Shown here: in pieces, positions 34,380 to 38,250 of the stretch
Position numbering within the stretch: the stretch's first letter is position 1
Layout: every line of letters starts with the position of its first letter
Position numbers and translations under genes: made by a program
Notes under the pieces: model-generated
Told to the model about the DNA's origin: nothing
The model's database searches: none
What the model saw: only the letters and a program-made list of their open reading frames with translations
Origin: Planctomycetota bacterium
GTDB lineage: Bacteria > Planctomycetota > Planctomycetia > Pirellulales > UBA7805
NCBI GenBank assembly: GCA_036153155.1
Contig: JAYZMM010000010.1
Span: 1-38,250 of the forward strand
Length of the DNA: 38,250 bases
Reading direction: 5' to 3'

Positions 34380-36530
34380 TTAGGGTTTGGCTCGACGGTA
34401 GAAAAATGTGGCCAGCAGACCTTCGCTTGCCACTACGATACAGAGCGCGAGAAGCAACCAGGGAGCGGCTTCCCATTTGGTTTTTGCTTCGGCATCTTCG
34501 CGCAAGCGATTCAGTGAATCGGTTAAGGTATGGATCGGTAAACGGTCCGGAGGATATCGCTCTGCCCAGTCAACCTGATTTGCCCGCGAAAGATCAGTTT
34601 GTTGAGCGGGCAAGTTTACACTGAATCCATATTCGGTACCCTCATTACCTCCAGCGCCAATCCGGTAGTTTCCGGGAAATTCTGTGCTGCTAACCAAGAT
34701 CTGCTCACCCTGGTCGGTTGGTGCAATTCGCCGGCTTCCTGTTGGGGATTGCAGAAGATAAGAATCAATGCTGCGATCTTCCGCATAGATCGGCAACCGC
34801 GCTAGCTCACCAGTGCGGTAATTCAGTTGCGCATCAGTGCCACCCACGAGATATTCGGCCATCATGCCAACAAGCACAAAACCCGGCCAAGCCAATTCCC
34901 GTGGTGCCAATAGTTCATTCCAAGGTTTTCCGTTGCTTGTCGTAAGCGATGTGGTGAGTAGTAAGACACGACCCCTTCCTTGATCACGGGCGATTAGTGC
35001 CGGTTTGCCATTGTTATAGGGGATCAATATTCGTGCTTGCTCATACAGGGGGCCTACTTCCCAGATTTTAAATACAGGATTTTCCTGCCAAGGGATGCTC
35101 CCCTCGCGCGACTTAAACCGTTGCAGCACGGGGTGTTCAAGTTGCTGCGGAGACAAATATAGATCACCCCGCCACTGACGCAGAAGCGGCGCGGGCATGA
35201 TTTCAGGTGATGCGGTGGCATTGAACACCTCGGGTGTCATTCCCGCATTGCTCCCCAGTGCAATGGCCAGGCCGCTACCCCCGTCGACCAGTGTCAATAG
35301 TCGATTCCATTGTTCTGCCGAAAGTGGGGGTGGGTCCAAGAGCCAGACAGCGTCAAGTCCATCCAGATTCTGATTGGACAATGCAGCATAAGAAATCGAT
35401 TCCAACTCGTAGCGCGTCTCCCCCTGTTGGCTAAGTGTCGGAGGGGCAATCGCAGTTGATAAGGTACGGCTTTGTCGCTCCACTGGCTCGGGTGTTACGA
35501 GCAGTATCTGGTAAGGATCGCGAATAGAGATTGTAAAATACCGTCGGTTGTCAATCGGTAAATTATCTTGCCTGGAGAGTTCAACATATCCTTGTAGAAT
35601 TCCTTGGTCTCCGGCGCGAATCTGGAAATCGACCGGCAATCGATCGTTTGTCTCACAATCGAACCACTTTTCACCCTTCTTCTCCGGGTTACCGTTGGAA
35701 TCGAACACAAAGCACTCGACCAATTGTCGACCGGAACACCCGAGGCACCTCAATTCAGTCCGAATGCCAATCAGGTCTTTTTCCGATACGACCGTGCGGT
35801 CAAGACGAAGGTCGCCTAGCGAAACGTTCGTCGGATTTTCGGCACCGACGTCCAAAAGGGAAAAATGAATGTCAGGGTTTTTTTCGAGCCGCCGTTTCCA
35901 AGCGGCTTCGGCCGACTGGGAGTCCCAATCCACGGCACCAAAATCGGTCAGCAAATAAAGTTCTTTTCTTGGCTGCGGGCTTTTTTCCAACAGGGTGATG
36001 GCGTTGTCCACCAGCGTGTCTAGATCGGCCGTGCCATCGGCTTCTGCCAATTGGGAAATACGGTCGATTGACGCGCCTCGATCACGATCGAACTGGCTCC
36101 GAGGTCCGGTCGAGTCGAGTACGACGATCTGACTGCCTTTGGGCAGTTGTTCAATCACTTTGAGCCCGACGTCCCGCGCAAGTTGGAGGCGGGTTTTGTT
36201 CTCTCGGAGGTAATTCATTCTTGGTCGGGTGTCAAACGCGATTGCCGCGGCGACCGGTGCGGAACCGGCTGAAAAGAAACCCGATGAGTGAAAGACCGGC
36301 CGCGCTAATGCTATCGCCAGTAACAGGATGACCAAGCATCGAAGCAAGAGTAACAGAAGTTGACGTAGTTTCAGTCTCTTCCGATTCGATTCCCTACGAA
36401 TCTGAAGAAATCGGAGGGCGGGGAATTCAAGTTTTCGCGGCCTTTCGCGCATCGCTAGATGCAAGACGATCGGTATCGCCACCAGCAGGCTACCAACGAG
36501 CAACAACGGTGTAATGAAGGTCGGTAAGAT
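34380..36530 (-). CDS. BatA-domain / degenerate vWA membrane protein (MoxR-associated Bat type)
   Basis: BatA motif FITPLLLVGSLLVAIPIVLHL...FPALRFL...LLLLLRC...ALARP; vWA-like region with YLLTDF; DNRRY; FSVNLP; C-terminal TM helix. Start is ambiguous: TTG 36506 or non-canonical ATC 36530. Confidence 0.85.
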   Translation of the reverse strand: MLPTFITPLLLVGSLLVAIPIVLHLAMRERPRKLEFPALRFLQIRRESNRKRLKLRQLLLLLLRCLVILLLAIALARPVFHSSGFFSAGSAPVAAAIAFDTRPRMNYLRENKTRLQLARDVGLKVIEQLPKGSQIVVLDSTGPRSQFDRDRGASIDRISQLAEADGTADLDTLVDNAITLLEKSPQPRKELYLLTDFGAVDWDSQSAEAAWKRRLEKNPDIHFSLLDVGAENPTNVSLGDLRLDRTVVSEKDLIGIRTELRCLGCSGRQLVECFVFDSNGNPEKKGEKWFDCETNDRLPVDFQIRAGDQGILQGYVELSRQDNLPIDNRRYFTISIRDPYQILLVTPEPVERQSRTLSTAIAPPTLSQQGETRYELESISYAALSNQNLDGLDAVWLLDPPPLSAEQWNRLLTLVDGGSGLAIALGSNAGMTPEVFNATASPEIMPAPLLRQWRGDLYLSPQQLEHPVLQRFKSREGSIPWQENPVFKIWEVGPLYEQARILIPYNNGKPALIARDQGRGRVLLLTTSLTTSNGKPWNELLAPRELAWPGFVLVGMMAEYLVGGTDAQLNYRTGELARLPIYAEDRSIDSYLLQSPTGSRRIAPTDQGEQILVSSTEFPGNYRIGAGGNEGTEYGFSVNLPAQQTDLSRANQVDWAERYPPDRLPIHTLTDSLNRLREDAEAKTKWEAAPWLLLALCIVVASEGLLATFFYRRAKP

Positions 36531-36656
36531 ATGTAAGTTTCCTGATTGGATGGTGATGCGCAGCCAAACTGCCTACGGTTATTATCTCATCCTCTAAGCA
36601 TGAACCCTAGATCAGACGCCAAGTTTTTTGCTCCGCCCGGTTGAGGGCATCGCAGG

Positions 36657-37913
36657 TCAAACGCCACCGATCAGCTTTTCGATTTGATCTGCTGCCTCCT
36701 CCTGCGGCCGGCCGGCTTCGAAACGGGCAGCCACTTGCTTGCAGCGGACTGATATTTCCTCGCAACCAAGCAAATGCTCAAGCAAGGTTTTGACTTTTGT
36801 AACCTGAAATTCGTGGCGGAAAAGGCCTTCGCCCACACCGAGGCGATGCACGCGGTTTGCATTATCCGGCTGATCGAACGCCATTGCCATGATCAATTGA
36901 GGAATTCCGGCGGCGAGCGCCTGGGCTGTTGAGCCGATACCACCATGATGCACTAACGCTGCAGCTTGCGGCAGCAGTTGACTAAAGGGAACATAGGGGA
37001 AATGCATAATTCCGGCAGGCAAGTCTGTCGGAATATGCGATCTATATTGACTCAATAAAATGGCCCGCTGGTCCAGCTGATCGCTTGCGGCTACGGCAAC
37101 TTGGAAAAAATTTTTGCCATGTCGCATCTCGGACCCGGGGGTGAAGACAATCGGCGGAGCCCCTGCGTCAAGAAATTGCTGCAGCTGCGCGTCGTGGTGC
37201 GCTACAACGCTCTCATCCCACAGCGGAAAGCCCGTAAGGTGGCAGTTGGGTGGCCAGTCGATTTGTAACGGCGCGTACCAGTCGGGAAACAAACCGATTA
37301 CACAGTCGGGCGAGTGACACCAATGGTTCATAAAGCGATGGACTGGTCGTAATCCCAATTCAGCGCGAAATGCATTTGTTTCCCGGTTTAGCAGCGGATC
37401 AACTAGTATTCGATCGGCCAAATAGTATTGAAAACGTTTCAGCCAGTGTGGAACGCGCTCACCGGTGAGCATGGGCGGAATACTTGGGGTGTCATATACG
37501 CTACGAAAAACGACCGGTTGCAAATGTATTGTGGCTAAGGGAATGCCGAAACTTTCCTGGGCGATTCGCGCGCCAAATGCAGTTAGCGGAGCGGCAACCA
37601 CTGTCTGATCCGGAATATAAAGCTCGCGAAGTGTCTCGTAAATCGGACGAAGCGTGTGCACGATTGCCCATTTCACTAGCAATCGAACACCACGCACCCG
37701 ATGCCAGACATTAGGATCATCGGCCACGGCATCAAACTCTGCTGAAGTTCCGAGCGGTCGGAATTCAAAACCGAGCCGCCTGACGAGTGATTCGAAACGA
37801 GGATTCGTAAGAACGATTACCTCATGGTTTCGCCGAGCGAGTTCTTCCGCAACGCCCAATATAGGATGGACATCTCCGGAACTGCCAATTGCAATCAGGA
37901 TTATCCGCGCCAT
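36657..37913 (-). CDS. GT1-family glycosyltransferase, RhlB (rhamnosyltransferase)-like
   Basis: LIAIGSSGDVHP, DPNVW, GARIAQE, HSP..VIGLFPDWYAP.Q.DWP....TGFPL, VFTPGS, VHHGGIG, DQPDNA; GAGG upstream of ATG 37913. Confidence 0.9.
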   Translation of the reverse strand: MARIILIAIGSSGDVHPILGVAEELARRNHEVIVLTNPRFESLVRRLGFEFRPLGTSAEFDAVADDPNVWHRVRGVRLLVKWAIVHTLRPIYETLRELYIPDQTVVAAPLTAFGARIAQESFGIPLATIHLQPVVFRSVYDTPSIPPMLTGERVPHWLKRFQYYLADRILVDPLLNRETNAFRAELGLRPVHRFMNHWCHSPDCVIGLFPDWYAPLQIDWPPNCHLTGFPLWDESVVAHHDAQLQQFLDAGAPPIVFTPGSEMRHGKNFFQVAVAASDQLDQRAILLSQYRSHIPTDLPAGIMHFPYVPFSQLLPQAAALVHHGGIGSTAQALAAGIPQLIMAMAFDQPDNANRVHRLGVGEGLFRHEFQVTKVKTLLEHLLGCEEISVRCKQVAARFEAGRPQEEAADQIEKLIGGV

Positions 37914-37956
37914 GGTAAGCTTCCTCTCCCTCGATCCCTCACGTTGCAAGAAGCAC

Positions 37957-38250
37957 TTAGGACGCCCCGTCAATTTGCGTGTCGGCAAATTGCGCTGAAG
38001 AGATCAATATGCAAGATTCAGCGCGATTGCCCAATCTCGCGACTTCGTCCATCTGCTCGATGTGGGCGAATCCCAATTCTGAGACTAACTCTTCTTCGAG
38101 CCGACTGAGGAGAAATAGGTTGGCTTGTTCACGTGCGGTGAGCAAACGGGCAGCGGCAACCGCATCGACAGATTCTTCTCCGCGAATCGCATGGCTTGCA
38201 ACAGACAACTCCGCTTCATCAGCGAGTTGTCGGATTGCTGAATCCGAGGA
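37957..38250 (-). CDS. C-terminal fragment of a protein, possibly LarA/DUF2088 (lactate racemase-like) family; 5'-truncated by the window edge
   Basis: Frame is open to the window end. The tail NLFLLSRLEEELVSELGFAHIE...SCILISSAQFA resembles, from memory, LarA-like C-termini. Confidence 0.5.
   Translation of the reverse strand, partial: SSDSAIRQLADEAELSVASHAIRGEESVDAVAAARLLTAREQANLFLLSRLEEELVSELGFAHIEQMDEVARLGNRAESCILISSAQFADTQIDGAS

Overview
Chromosomal window that looks like Planctomycetota (Pirellulaceae-like). This is inferred from gene content: a DUF1080 hydrolase, a YTV-like repeat protein, a BatA/vWA pair and a CGC-lipobox lipoprotein. Bases 1-7421 hold the 3' end of a hybrid type I PKS/NRPS cluster: a partial PKS ending KR-ACP-docking, a 1789-aa NRPS, a 4-TM membrane protein and an Sfp-type PPTase. 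The NRPS reads C-A(Gly)-T and has no thioesterase. It ends instead in two fused OleA/FabH-like (KS III) domains. The first has an intact Cys-His-Asn triad; the second has lost all three residues but keeps the OleA-type Glu. This fused pseudo-heterodimer as a chain-release unit is the main candidate novel system. The rest is mostly housekeeping (folD, ppk1, serS, M20 peptidase, clpS, mtaB, udgB, pepF, fabH, pyrE, lipoate ligase). It is mixed with envelope and lipid genes: an HpnI-like glycosyltransferase paired with a B12 radical SAM enzyme, a LysM protein with a catalytically dead L,D-transpeptidase-like domain, a secreted protein with two 16-aa-periodic repeat arms, BatA/vWA proteins and an RhlB-like glycosyltransferase. 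I saw no tRNA, rRNA, CRISPR array or mobile element. All calls are by eye from motifs; no searches were run.
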